Shown: one piece after another, positions 1 through 9,520 of the stretch
Position numbering within the stretch: the stretch's first letter is position 1
Layout: each line of letters opens with the position of its first letter
Origin: Chrysochromulina tobinii
Taxonomy: Eukaryota
Direction: 5' to 3'
DNA: 40,240 bases
Assembly (NCBI GenBank): GCA_001275005.1
Contig: JWZX01002699.1
Coordinates: forward strand, 1-40,240
Position numbers and translations under genes: made by a program
The notes under the pieces: generated by a model
What the model saw: only the letters and a program-made list of their open reading frames with translations
Databases searched by the model: none
Told to the model about the DNA's origin: nothing

Positions 1-3000
1 GGGAGCAGTCGGCCGCGGCGGCCGCCGCCGAAAAGGCGAGCGCGGTCCGCGGGGCCGAGGCGGAGATCGCGCGAGCTCTGGCAGCTCGCGATGCGGCGAG
101 CGCGCGCGCCGTGTCGGCGGAGGCGACGTCGGCGGCGGCCGCTGCTGAGAGGGAGGAGGCTGTGCGTGCGGCGGAGCGTAACGTGGCGTCCGCGCTGCAG
201 CTGCGCGACGCGGCCTCGGCACGGGCGACCGAGGCGGCGCAGGCTAGGGCACGCGCCGAGGCGGAGGCGAAGGCGGCGGAGGCCGCGGCCGAGTCGGCGA
301 TCCGCTCCGCCACGCTGGAGCACGAGGCGGCCAAGGCCCTGGCGCAGAGAGCCGAGGCCAGCGCCGAGGCCAAGGCGAGCAGCGCGACCGAGGCGGCGGA
401 GGCGGCGGTGAAGGAGGCGCACCTGCGCTCCCTCGATCTCGAGGCGCAGCTCGCGTCGAGCTCGCGCGAGCTCGCGCAGCTGCGCGACGAGCTCGCGCGG
501 GAGAGGAGCGCGAGCGCACGCCGGCTCGAGGCAGCCGAGGCGGCGGCGGCGCGGCTCGAGCGGAGCGAGCGGGAGCTGCTCGCGCGTGGGGAGGCGCTCG
601 AGGCGGCGCGTGCGAGGGAGGCGGCCCGCGAGGCGGCGAGAGAGGCGGCGGTGGAGGCGGCGCGCCAAGCGGACGCGCAGGCGGCGGCGGCGGCGGCGCA
701 GGCGGCGGTGGAGCAGGCGCGCGAAGCGGAGAGGAAGGCACGATCAGATGCGGAAGAGGCGCGGGCGCGCGCGAGGGCGGCTGTGGAGGAAGCCAAGGCA
801 CAGACCCAGACGGCCCACGACGACGCGCGCGTCGCCAAGGCGGAGGCTGCTTCGGCTCGTTCGGAGCTGCACCGCGCGCAAGAGGCGACCAAGACGGCGC
901 GTGCGGCGCAGGCAGAGGCCGAGATGGCGGCGGCAGCGGCGGCGGCGGCCGAGGCGAACGCCAAGGCGCGGGCCGGCCTCAAGGTCACCGAAGCCCACGG
1001 AGCGACCGAAGCCAAGCTCGTGGCCGAAGCCCGGGCCGCGGTGGCGGCCGAGGCCCAGGCGGCGGCCGAGGCGGCGGCGGCGGCCGCGAGCTTGGCGGAG
1101 AAGGGAGCTCGAGCGGAGCTGGACGCTACCGCCAAGGCCGCGGCGGTGGCGGTGGCGGCGGCGCAAGCGCGCGCGCACGAAGCCGAGTCCAAGGCACGCA
1201 GCTCCATCGAAGAAGTCAAGGCGCGCGCGAGGGCGGCTGTGGAGGAAGCCAAGGCACAGACCCAGACGGCCCACGACGACGCGCGCGCCGCCAAGGCGGA
1301 GGCGGCTTCGGCTCGTTCAGAGCTGCACCGCGCCCAAGAGGCGACCAAGACGGCGCGTGCGGCGCAGGCAGAGGCCGAGATGGCGGCGGCGTCGGCGGCG
1401 GCGGCCGAGGCGAACGCCAAAGCGCGAGCGGCGGCGAAGGCGGCGGAGGCGTTCGCGGCGATCGAGGCCAAGGGCGTGGCCGAAGCCAAAGTGGAGGCAG
1501 CGCGGGCGGAGGCCGACTTGGCGCGCGCGGAGGCGGCGCGGGCGGACAAGGGGCGTGCGGAGGCGCGAAACGACGCGTTGCAGGCCAAGGCGCGGTCCGA
1601 GGCGTCGCTCGATGTGAGTGTCGTTAATTGCCTCTTGATGGCCTCTTCTGATTGCCTCTGATTGCCTCTGATTGCACAGGTCCGAGGCGTCGCTTGATGT
1701 GAGAGCGCGCGTGCAGACGCCCTCCTTGGCTGATTGCTGCTGATGACCCTCTGACAGCCTCTGATTGCTTTCTTCATCAGGTGAGAGCGCGCGCGCAGAG
1801 GCCCTCCTTGGCTGATTGCTGCTGATGACCCTCTGACAGCCTCTGATTGCTTTCCTCATCAGGTGAGAGCGCGCGCAGAGGCCCCCCTTGGCTGATTGCT
1901 GCTGATGTCCCTCTGACAGCCTCTGATTGCTTTCCTCATCAGGTGAGAGCGCGCGCACAGGCCCCCCTTGGCTGATTGCTGCTGATGACCCTCTGACAGC
2001 CTCTGATTGCTTTCCTCATCAGGTGAGAGCGCGCGCAGAGGCCCAGGCACACGCAGCCAAGGCGGAGGCTGCGAGGGCTGAGGCGGCGAGGTCCGAGGCC
2101 GTTGAGGCCGCCAGGACGGCAGGGGCGCGAGCGGAGGCGGCAGAGGCGGCCAAGGCGGCCGCTGTTAAGGCCGAGGCCGCCGCGACGGCGCGGGAAGAGG
2201 CCGCAGAGGCGGCAAGGGCGACTGCAGAGGCGGCCAGGGCAAGTGCGGAAGCGGCGAGGGCGGAGGCTGTACTGGCCGAAGCGGCGGCGGTGGCGAGGGC
2301 GGAGGCCGCGGAGGCAGCCAAGGCGGACGCTGTGAGGGCTGAGGCGGCGGCCCTTGCCCGCGCCGAGGCGGCGGAGGCGGCGAGGGAGGCGGCGGAGGCG
2401 GCGAGGGCGGCGTCGGCGGAGGCGGCGAGGGCGCTCAGCACGGCGCGGTCCCAGCCGCCGGTGCAAGCACAGTCCTTACGGGCCGCCGAGCCCGAGACGC
2501 GCCGTGCTGAGCAGCTGGCCGAGCAGCTGGCCGCCGTGCAGACGGAGCTGGCGGAGGCGCGCGCGGCGCTCCTCGGGCAGCCGCTCCGAGCCGACCAGGC
2601 CGCCGCCGTCCAAGCCGCCGCCGCCGGCAGGGTGGACAGAGTGGACAGGGTGGACATTGTCCTGCCGAGTCCGGCCACGTCCCCAGCCGTTGAAGGTCAA
2701 GTCGCTCCATTGACGAACCAACCGTTGACGAACCAGCCGTTGACGAACCAGGGTCCCGTCGAGAAGGACGTGAGAGCGCTCGAGCGCCGTACTGAGCGCC
2801 AGTTGGAGCTCGAGCACTCGACGGCCGAGGCGCTGCGCGCGCAGCTCGCCGCCCAGGCCGAGCTGCACCTCGCGCAGCTCGCCGCCCAAGCCGAGGCTCA
2901 CCAAGCCCAGCAGAGGGAGATGGCGGAGCGTCATCGTGCAGCCCTCGCCGAGAAGCGCGAGGAGAAGAAGAGCCTCGCGAAACAGCTGGCCGACGTGAGC

Positions 3001-4885
3001 AAGGCGCAGCGGCGTGAAGAGAAGCGAGCGTCGGACAAGAGCGCCGAGTTGAGCGAGGACCTCGAGAAGCTGCGCGCCGAGCTGAGCACTGTGGAGGCCG
3101 AGCGGCGGGAGCTCGAGGAGGCGGCGAGATCGCGCCTCAAATCGCTCAAGGCGCTGCAGGAGGATGCGGCGAGGGCGATCAAGGCGCTCCATGCCGAGCG
3201 CGCCGAGAAGACGCAGCTCGAGAGCCGGCTGGCGCATTCGATCGCCGAGGTTGGCTCGCACAAGTCCGCCGTGTCGCGGCTGACGAAAGAGGTGGCCGCC
3301 AAGCACGCACCTGATTGCACCGGATTGCACCGGATGGCACCCGATGGCCTCACTCATCAGGTGGCCTAAGGACGCACCTGATTCAGGTGGCCTAAGGACG
3401 CACCTGATTGCACCTGATTGCACCTGATTGCACCGGATGGCCTCCCTCATCAGGTGGCCGCCAAGGACGCTCAGTTGCGCGAGGTGCGCGCGCGCCTCGA
3501 GGAGCGATCTGCCGCGAGCCTGGGCCACGAGGACGAGCGCAAGCGGCTCGAGGAGAAGCTCAAGGGGATGCAGGGCGAGCTCGCACGTCGAGATCGTCAA
3601 GCAAGCGATCTCAAAGCGAAGGTGGATCCCCTCGAAGGCTTGCACAAGTCCTCATTGCACCTGAGTGCCCCTGAGTGCACTTGAGTGCACCTGAGTGCAC
3701 CTGAGTGCACATGATTGCACCTGAGTGCACCTGATTGCTTTGGATGGCCTCCCTCATCAGGTGGATCAGCTCGAGGGCAGCCTGCTGAGTGAGAAGAGCG
3801 CCGTCGAGGAGCGCGCGGCGCAGTCCGCCGCCGAGCCCCTGAGGCGGGCCCTCGAGCGCAAGGAAACCGCGCTGCGCTCGATGAAGCTCAAGCTCGAGGT
3901 GGTTCAGGCGGAGCTGAGTGGCAGCCGGGCGGAGCTTGAAGGCGCCAAGGCGGAGGTGGCGAAGCGCGAGGCGAGGACGCGCAAGCAATCCGAGGCGGCG
4001 CACGCAGCGCTCGGTGTGCAGCTCGACAGGGCGCACGCCGACCGTGATGAGCTTCGGCTGCTCCTCCATCGGATCGCCCATGTCCTCGAGCAGACAAGGA
4101 CGAGTAGAGAAGCGACCGAGGCGGCCGGCCAGCGGCGCGCCGTCGCGGGCGGTACCACGGGTTCGTCAGCGCTACGCGAGCTCGGCGAGCTCGGCGGAGA
4201 TTTGGAGCTCGCTGCCAACGAGGACATGCAAGTGAGTGCGCTGGCCCACTCGCTGCTGCAGCTCTCTCCCGAGCAGCTCGGGCTGAGGCCGCGCACCGAG
4301 ATCGGGGGCGAGATGGTGAGCGGCCAGGGGGGCGCGAGCGAGAACGCGCCACCGCAGCTGCTGCTCACGTCCGCTGCCGATGTGGCAGCGGCCACGAGCA
4401 CCTCGCGGCATCAGAAGCAGCTCAGGACGGCGCTCTCGGAGCCGTTGGACGCGCAGGTGCGTTGATTGCCACTGATGATCTGCCTTGCATGCACGTGCTC
4501 ACCACGGCGCTCTCGGAGCCGTTGGACGCACAGGCCGCGTTCACCATCTTCTCGCGCCTCGTGCAGCAGCTGCCGCCATCCGGGGCGGCGCAGCAGCGCG
4601 GGACGGACGAGGCGGTGCAGCAGGCGCTCCATGAGTACGAGGCGATGCTCCGTCAGATCCGCTCGCAAGTCGTCACCGAGAAGGCGGACTACGAAGTCAA
4701 GCTCGCGCAGCGAGATCGCGTGATTGCGGGGCTGCGCGTCCGGCTGCAGGTGAGTGTCGTTAATTGCATCTTGATGGCCTCTTCTGATTGCCTCTGATTG
4801 CCGCTGATTGCGGCGGCTGCGCGTCCGACTGCAGGAGGCCGGGGTCGCGGGCACGTATGGGGTCGGCCACGTCACGTTTGAGTGA
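1..4885 (+). CDS. Large Ala/Glu/Arg-rich coiled-coil protein, 5'-truncated by the window. Inferred exons <1-1613, 2023-3291, 3454-3621, 3761-4456, 4534-4749, 4835-4885
   Basis: Frame 3 is open from the window start. ORFs 111-1661, 1927-3369, 3418-3684, 3725-4465 and 4462-4797 join in frame when five GT-AG phase-0 introns are removed (SLD|VRARAE, TKE|VAAKD, LKAK|VDQLE, LDAQ|AAFT, VRLQ|EAGV), ending at TGA 4883-4885. Confidence 0.8.
765..1420 (+). repeat. Internal coding duplication of about 200 nt (765-964 and 1221-1420)
   Basis: ARARAAVEEAKAQTQTAHDDARxAKAEAASARSELHRAQEATKTARAAQAEAEMAAA occurs twice, offset by 456 nt, with near-identical DNA. Confidence 0.9.
1614..2022 (+). other. Composite spliceosomal intron: an 85-nt cassette plus four tandem 80-82 nt units (alternatively two introns, 1595-1679 and 1699-2022)
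   Basis: GTGAGT donor at 1614 and CCTCATCAG acceptor at 2022. Units 1699-1780, 1781-1862, 1863-1942 and 1943-2022 each begin GTGAGAGCGCGC, as the next exon does, and end CATCAG. Confidence 0.85.
3292..3453 (+). other. Repeat-built intron (162 nt, phase 0)
   Basis: GAG|GT...CCTCATCAG|GT with CTGATTGCAC decamers. Its 5' end GTGGCCGCCAAGcACGC copies the downstream exon GTGGCCGCCAAGgACGC. Removal deletes in-frame stops. Confidence 0.85.
3622..3760 (+). other. Repeat-built intron (139 nt, phase 0)
   Basis: AAG|GT...CCTCATCAG|GT with CTGAGTGCAC decamers. Its 5' end GTGGATCccCTCGAaGGC copies the downstream exon GTGGATCagCTCGAgGGC. Removal restores the frame. Confidence 0.85.
4457..4533 (+). other. 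Intron (77 nt, phase 0) whose 3' end copies the upstream exon
   Basis: CAG|GTGCGT donor. The last 30 nt ACGGCGCTCTCGGAGCCGTTGGACGCaCAG match the exon end ACGGCGCTCTCGGAGCCGTTGGACGCgCAG. Removal restores the frame. Confidence 0.85.
4750..4834 (+). other. Intron (85 nt, phase 0), near-identical to the cassette at 1614
   Basis: CAG|GTGAGTGTCGTTAATTGC...CTGATTGCCT repeats. The 3' end GGCTGCGCGTCCGaCTGCAG copies the upstream exon end GGCTGCGCGTCCGgCTGCAG. Confidence 0.8.
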
Positions 4886-5261
4886 GAGGACGCGCGCCGC
4901 TACCGGTTCCTACTCGCCCAGGCCGTCTCAACCCAATCAAGTCAATTCAGGGCATTGCAGTCATGATTATGCTCAACATGCTCATGGCCATGGCCCATGC
5001 ATGGGGAGGTTTGAATCCCAAACCGAACTCGCGTGTGCTTTTGTGTCGAGTCGAGTGTCGTGTGCTGCGGCGTCACGCGGGGCCGTATCGCGTATAATGC
5101 CCCATCGTAACTACTATTCAACATTAAAATTTATAAAAAATTATATAGTTCGGTTATAGATAACTAGACACCGTCCCGGCCCCGGGCGGCCAAGCGCACG
5201 CTTCAAGTTACGAAATTAAGGCACAGCCGCAAGTACAGGAAGGACACGCCAATAAAAGTCG

Positions 5262-6200
5262 TCAGATCGCCGGCAGTTGGAAGGTCACTTTCCGCCGCAG
5301 AGGATGGGCCGACTCCGTCGATAAGCGCGCCGCCCGACGGGTCGAGCGTTTCATGGACTCGTCCACCATCCGACTGATTCGGTTGGAGTTGACCACCATC
5401 CCAAAAGGGAAGCGATCCGGATCTGTCAGGGCCGAGAACGGCTCGCATGGAGGCGCGCTGCTCTTGACGCTGCTCGGCGCGACGCACTCGTGCATCCGCT
5501 CCCGCTTGCGCGCGGCGGCGTTTGCGTTCAGAATGAGCGCGCAGAACTTGTCGAGGTCCAGCTCGTCGTCGATGGTGCAGTGCACGGCCGCTATGGCTTC
5601 GCGAGTATCCGTGATGCCAATGGACTGAAGAGGCTCTTTGAGCTCCTGAAGGGAGAGAGAGCCGTTTCCGTTGGTATCGAGGGCATGGAACGCTCGTTGC
5701 AGCGCGTCGCGCGTGCTCTCCGGGATGATCGTGCGCCGCGGCGACATACGAGAGTGACCCGCGCACCACTCGGTTTGCTCCTTTTCGAGCAGCAGCAGTT
5801 GGTGCTCGCTCAGTCCACGGGGGGATAGCCAGTCTTGCTTCCGAGGGGATGCGAGCAGCGACGGCAGCGACGGCAGCGGCGGCGGCGGCGGAGGCGGGCG
5901 CGGCAACTCGGCTGAGTTCCTTGGCGAGCGGGACATGCCCTTGAAGCCCGTACCGCTGCTCGACGACGGCACAGACTCGAGCCCCTCGGCCGCCGCGGCC
6001 GTTCTGGCGTTGTCAGTGGTCATGGTTGATGACGGCGGAGCAGGTGCATTGGATGGCCGGGCTTGCGAGGGCGGAGGAAAGAAGTGGGGAGGTAATTGCC
6101 CAGGTGCGACACGGGTTCGGGAGGTGCTCGCAACGTGCTGAGCGGCCATGCTGTCCAGCTCACGTGCCACCAGGTTGAGCGGCCGTACGCGGACGGGCAT
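5262..6200 (-). CDS. EF-hand calcium-binding protein with a Pro/Ser-rich N-terminus
   Basis: 312-aa ATG ORF with a canonical EF loop AFHALDTNGNGSLSLQEL and a degenerate second loop (IDDELDLDKF). Confidence 0.75.
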   Translation of the reverse strand: MPVRVRPLNLVARELDSMAAQHVASTSRTRVAPGQLPPHFFPPPSQARPSNAPAPPSSTMTTDNARTAAAAEGLESVPSSSSGTGFKGMSRSPRNSAELPRPPPPPPPLPSLPSLLASPRKQDWLSPRGLSEHQLLLLEKEQTEWCAGHSRMSPRRTIIPESTRDALQRAFHALDTNGNGSLSLQELKEPLQSIGITDTREAIAAVHCTIDDELDLDKFCALILNANAAARKRERMHECVAPSSVKSSAPPCEPFSALTDPDRFPFGMVVNSNRISRMVDESMKRSTRRAARLSTESAHPLRRKVTFQLPAI

Positions 6201-6529
6201 TTTGTGGGGCAGTCTGTTTCGTTTCCAATGGCAGTTTCGTTTCCACGTTCTTGAGATTACATAAAGGCAACGATTGCATGCTGATGGCAGTCAGTCAGGC
6301 TCGAGAGACGCGTGCGGACGTCACGTTTGGTCGCCATTCCACGACACCTGTTTGGGAAACTGAATGGTTTAGCGTAGACTTTGAAAGGGGAGTGGTCTCT
6401 TCGTATTTTTCATTCATGTACTCCGAAAGTTACATACCTCAAGGCAAGATGACGAGTAGATGGCGTTCATGATAGCTTTCCTTCGCCTGGTACCTTCAGT
6501 TAATGACAGCCCCCACGAGCGCAGAGTGA

Positions 6530-7456
6530 CTAATAACAATCACCAATCTTTGCAAGGCGCGAGTGCCGGCGGCGGACATCCCGTGCATGGCATTCCTCGG
6601 CCCTCGCACAATTGCGGACCGAGGTACGAGCCGCGCAACTGCGGCTTGTGCGGCTGCGCGGCTTGAGCTCATTGCCGCGCCGCGCAGCCGCACGAGCCCT
6701 CCTCCGGCTCTCACGGACGCGCCCCCGAGCCACGGCCGCCCTCTCCCCCCTCCCCCGTCGTCTCATATTAGGGTATTCCCAAGCATCTGCCCAATTCTCT
6801 GCCCAAGCATCTGCCTCTGCCTCTGCCCAAGCCTCCGCCCGAGCCGCCTTCGCCTTCCTCCGAGCCCTCGCCCAAGCCTCTGCCTTCTTCACAGCAGCTA
6901 CCACCGCCGCCTTCGAAGCAGCAACCGCCGCCGCCTTCGCAGCGACAAGTGCCACCGCCCTCTCAAACGCCTTCTCAGCGGCAACCGCCGCCGTCTTTTC
7001 TGCTGTCTTCTCGTCATAGTGGACGTTCGCGAGCTTAAGAGCGGCGTAGCATGCATCCGTGAGCGTCGGATCAAGGGCCTTTGCCTTGTTGTTAATCGAT
7101 GCGTCCACGATGGGCGCGGCGCTTGCAATCATTGCGAGCGGCGTCTTGCACTTCATCATCTCATGTTTGTTCGTCGCAAGCCACGTGCGGCAGCGGGAAA
7201 TGACGCCGCTGTCGATTGGCATATCGGTGGTGGTCAACTCGGCGACGTACTTGACAAGGCTTGCGGGCATGCCATCCGAGGAGGATGCAAGGGAGGCGAG
7301 AGCGCCGGCAGCCGTCTTCATTGCAGACGCACGGCGGCAAGCGGCCTGCACGGCGTCCCACTCGCTCATGCGGCGTGAGGTGAGCAGACGCTTCATCTCA
7401 GCGACAGCCCACCCCGCCGCGTCGGAGGGCAATGGAATGGTTTGGTTGGAGGGCAT
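6530..7456 (-). CDS. Hypothetical Ala-rich protein (3' end uncertain)
   Basis: Open frame from ATG 7456 (MPSNQTIPLPSDAAGWAVAEMKRLL...) with protein-like composition and WAEA/WAD repeats. No recognisable domain; the C-terminal part looks off-frame. Confidence 0.4.
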   Translation of the reverse strand: MPSNQTIPLPSDAAGWAVAEMKRLLTSRRMSEWDAVQAACRRASAMKTAAGALASLASSSDGMPASLVKYVAELTTTDMPIDSGVISRCRTWLATNKHEMMKCKTPLAMIASAAPIVDASINNKAKALDPTLTDACYAALKLANVHYDEKTAEKTAAVAAEKAFERAVALVAAKAAAVAASKAAVVAAVKKAEAWARARRKAKAARAEAWAEAEADAWAENWADAWEYPNMRRRGRGERAAVARGRVRESRRRARAAARRGNELKPRSRTSRSCAARTSVRNCARAEECHARDVRRRHSRLAKIGDCY

Positions 7457-7889
7457 TGGAAAGGAGCCTGTGTGCTCGGGTTTTGAGAAGAGTGTGCTTG
7501 CCTTGGCATTTCCGCGAACGCGCTTGTCTTTCGCTCGACTTTTGCATAATCCTCTTGCCAGTCTGGCCCTTCTCTTCTGGGAAGGCCTGAGACCTGCGTT
7601 TGGGAACACACGAGACTGGATGCGCTGCCGCGGACGCGGTGGCCGCCGGCGCCGCCGTGACGCACAGCAGCCTCTTTGGCTGTGATGGGGGCCGGCACTT
7701 GCCTGTTCGCGGTTGCGCCCCCGAAATGCGAAAACAACGGCACACAAAGACAGACCGAAGCTCTATACTCTGAAACTCTCGGTCAAGTCTCGAAAGACGG
7801 CCTGGTGTGAAGCGAAATATGCAGGACAGTAATTTTCTTTGTCGGTCTCCTACATCCGCTCCGGGTCCGATATGCGCGGGTGAATGCGA

Positions 7890-8405
7890 GGGTCTGTCAC
7901 TGTTGCGGTTTTCAAGCAGATCGGCTGTTTGGCACGCGTTCTGAGTGCTTTCGCCCAAGCTGTCATGTTCGGCTCATTCCCCCAGCCATCAATTGGATCG
8001 GATGGCGCTCAACCCGTACGTGCCGGCGGCTCTCGCGTCGTGCTGCACGTTAGTGTCGAACGTAGTGCGGCTCACTTAGCGCCTCGCTGAGCGGCCACCT
8101 CTGTGGAAGCCTCTGTGAAGGGCTCGCTGAGCGCCTCCGCTGAGCGGCTTGTCTGCCGCCATGCAGTCGCACGCGTTGCCGAACCACGACGTCGTCGCAC
8201 CGGCGCTCTTGGCGTAGTCGTTGAGGCTTCTCAGGCCCAGGACGCGATGAATGGCTCTCCGCTTGCGTCGTGGTATGAGCCGTTGACGCCGGGGCCGAAT
8301 ACGCCTCCCAGGCTGTCGTCTTCCGACGACTGTGTGGCCGGCACAGGAGAGGGCAGGGCGGACGCCGTCTGAGCAAAGGGACCGTGGATCAACAGCAACG
8401 TCTGG
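7890..8405 (-). pseudogene. Decayed alpha-galactosidase (GH27)-like pseudogene fragment
   Basis: Collinear peptides across shifting frames: VG/DDS/WEAY/GPGVNGSYHDASGEPFI/GLRSLNDYAKSAGATTSWFGNACDC/EPHY/DARAAGTYGLSAI/EPNMTAWAKAL..QPICL/EN. These resemble the GH27 DDxW, 'ADYxH-G' and downstream segments. Multiple frameshifts and stops. Confidence 0.5.
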
Positions 8406-9310
8406 TCGGTGAAGGAGCGGCGGAGTTCCGAGCGCGCACGCCTCGGTGAGGAGTCCTGCCGAAACTATTTGGGAAGCTGTTGTTCGCCGCAACGGCAGGC
8501 AGAGGAAGTGGCAGGAGGCGAACCGCTGAAATTCGGAATATCGAATGGTATCGAATCTTGTGAGCTATATGCCTAAGTGTAGAAGCGGCATCTCTGCCGA
8601 AGGCATGCGCGCTGGTGTCACGGCATACCAAGAAAGTAAACCATCCCTGTGGTAAGTAATGCCACGATGACAAGGAAGAACCATAGCTCCCGGTGACTTT
8701 GCTCCTCCTCAAGCATTTGCTTGGAAGATACTAGGGACCGAACGTATTCTGGGAGTTCGAGACAAAAGGGCCAGAAGACCCACGCGGCGCCTTGCGTCAC
8801 GATATGAAGGTCCATTGGACCTACAACAGGGTTTTTGTCGGCCGACGAGGTGCAGATTCTGTGTCGCCCCCGACTTTTCGTTTTCGAAACTTGGACAAAC
8901 TTGTTTGACCTTCATGCGAAAAGGTCACCTAGGAATGACTCACGTAATTACAAGGAGTTTTGGAACCCCTCATCCCCAACCCACCGACGCTAAATCGAAG
9001 CGGAGCACCACGCCACCCCTGCCGACTTCGTTTGCCTAGTCAGTCAGTCACATGCCCTACATTTCGCCTCACGCCATTGCTTCGTATACCTCTGTCATCG
9101 CATAGTCATCGCATGACCTATCTCCTCCACGCTCTGCTTACACTTCGCCCATCTCTCTGACTCTCTCTCTCAAGATCCCGTCTCTATAGCCAACCATCAC
9201 CACAGCGAGTACTCCAGCTCTCGGCACAGCTCCTCGCGCCCGCCATGGCGCCCGTGCAGCTTTGGCCATAGTTCGCCCACATCAGCGCTCAGACGACACA
9301 CCAGACCAGC

Positions 9311-9492
9311 CACCTCGGCGCTCGGGGCTATGTGCATATGCCATATGCCCACCTCGGCGCTCGGGGTTATGCTCGTATGCCATGTGCCCACCAACTCGTC
9401 CCCGAACTCACCCTCGATGCGGAGCGACGAAATACGGTTTCGTCATCGTGTGCCATTCGAAACATGGCTTCTTCATCGTGTGCCATTCGAAA
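9311..9492. repeat. Two short tandem duplications downstream of the CBS stop (39-nt x2 and 30-nt x2)
   Basis: CACCTCGGCGCTCGGGGYTATG...ATGCCATRTGCC at 9311 and 9350. TCATCGTGTGCCATTCGAAAC occurs twice at about 9443 and 9473. Confidence 0.75.
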
Positions 9493-9520
9493 CGACGTGC
9501 ACAGCAAGAATGCGACTCTC

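Noticed and set aside
1699..2022. Regular repeats resembling a CRISPR array (also 37054-37267)
   Set aside because: The units are near-identical with no unique spacers, sit inside GT-AG introns of a eukaryotic gene, and no cas genes are present.
91..4352. Many long Arg-rich or antisense ORFs overlapping real genes (e.g. 586-1617, 2476-3645; also 23709-24815 and 35445-36323)
   Set aside because: These are shadow frames expected from high-GC, Ala/Glu-rich codon usage, and they show no motifs.
5161..5190. GC hairpin next to CTAG resembling a Helitron 3' end on the minus strand
   Set aside because: The hairpin is only 3 nt from CTAG, no 5' end or second copy is visible, and it lies in a normal convergent 3' intergenic region.
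8618..8815. 65-aa minus-strand ORF with a hydrophobic C-terminal stretch
   Set aside because: It is short, has no recognisable family and has no supported exon links.
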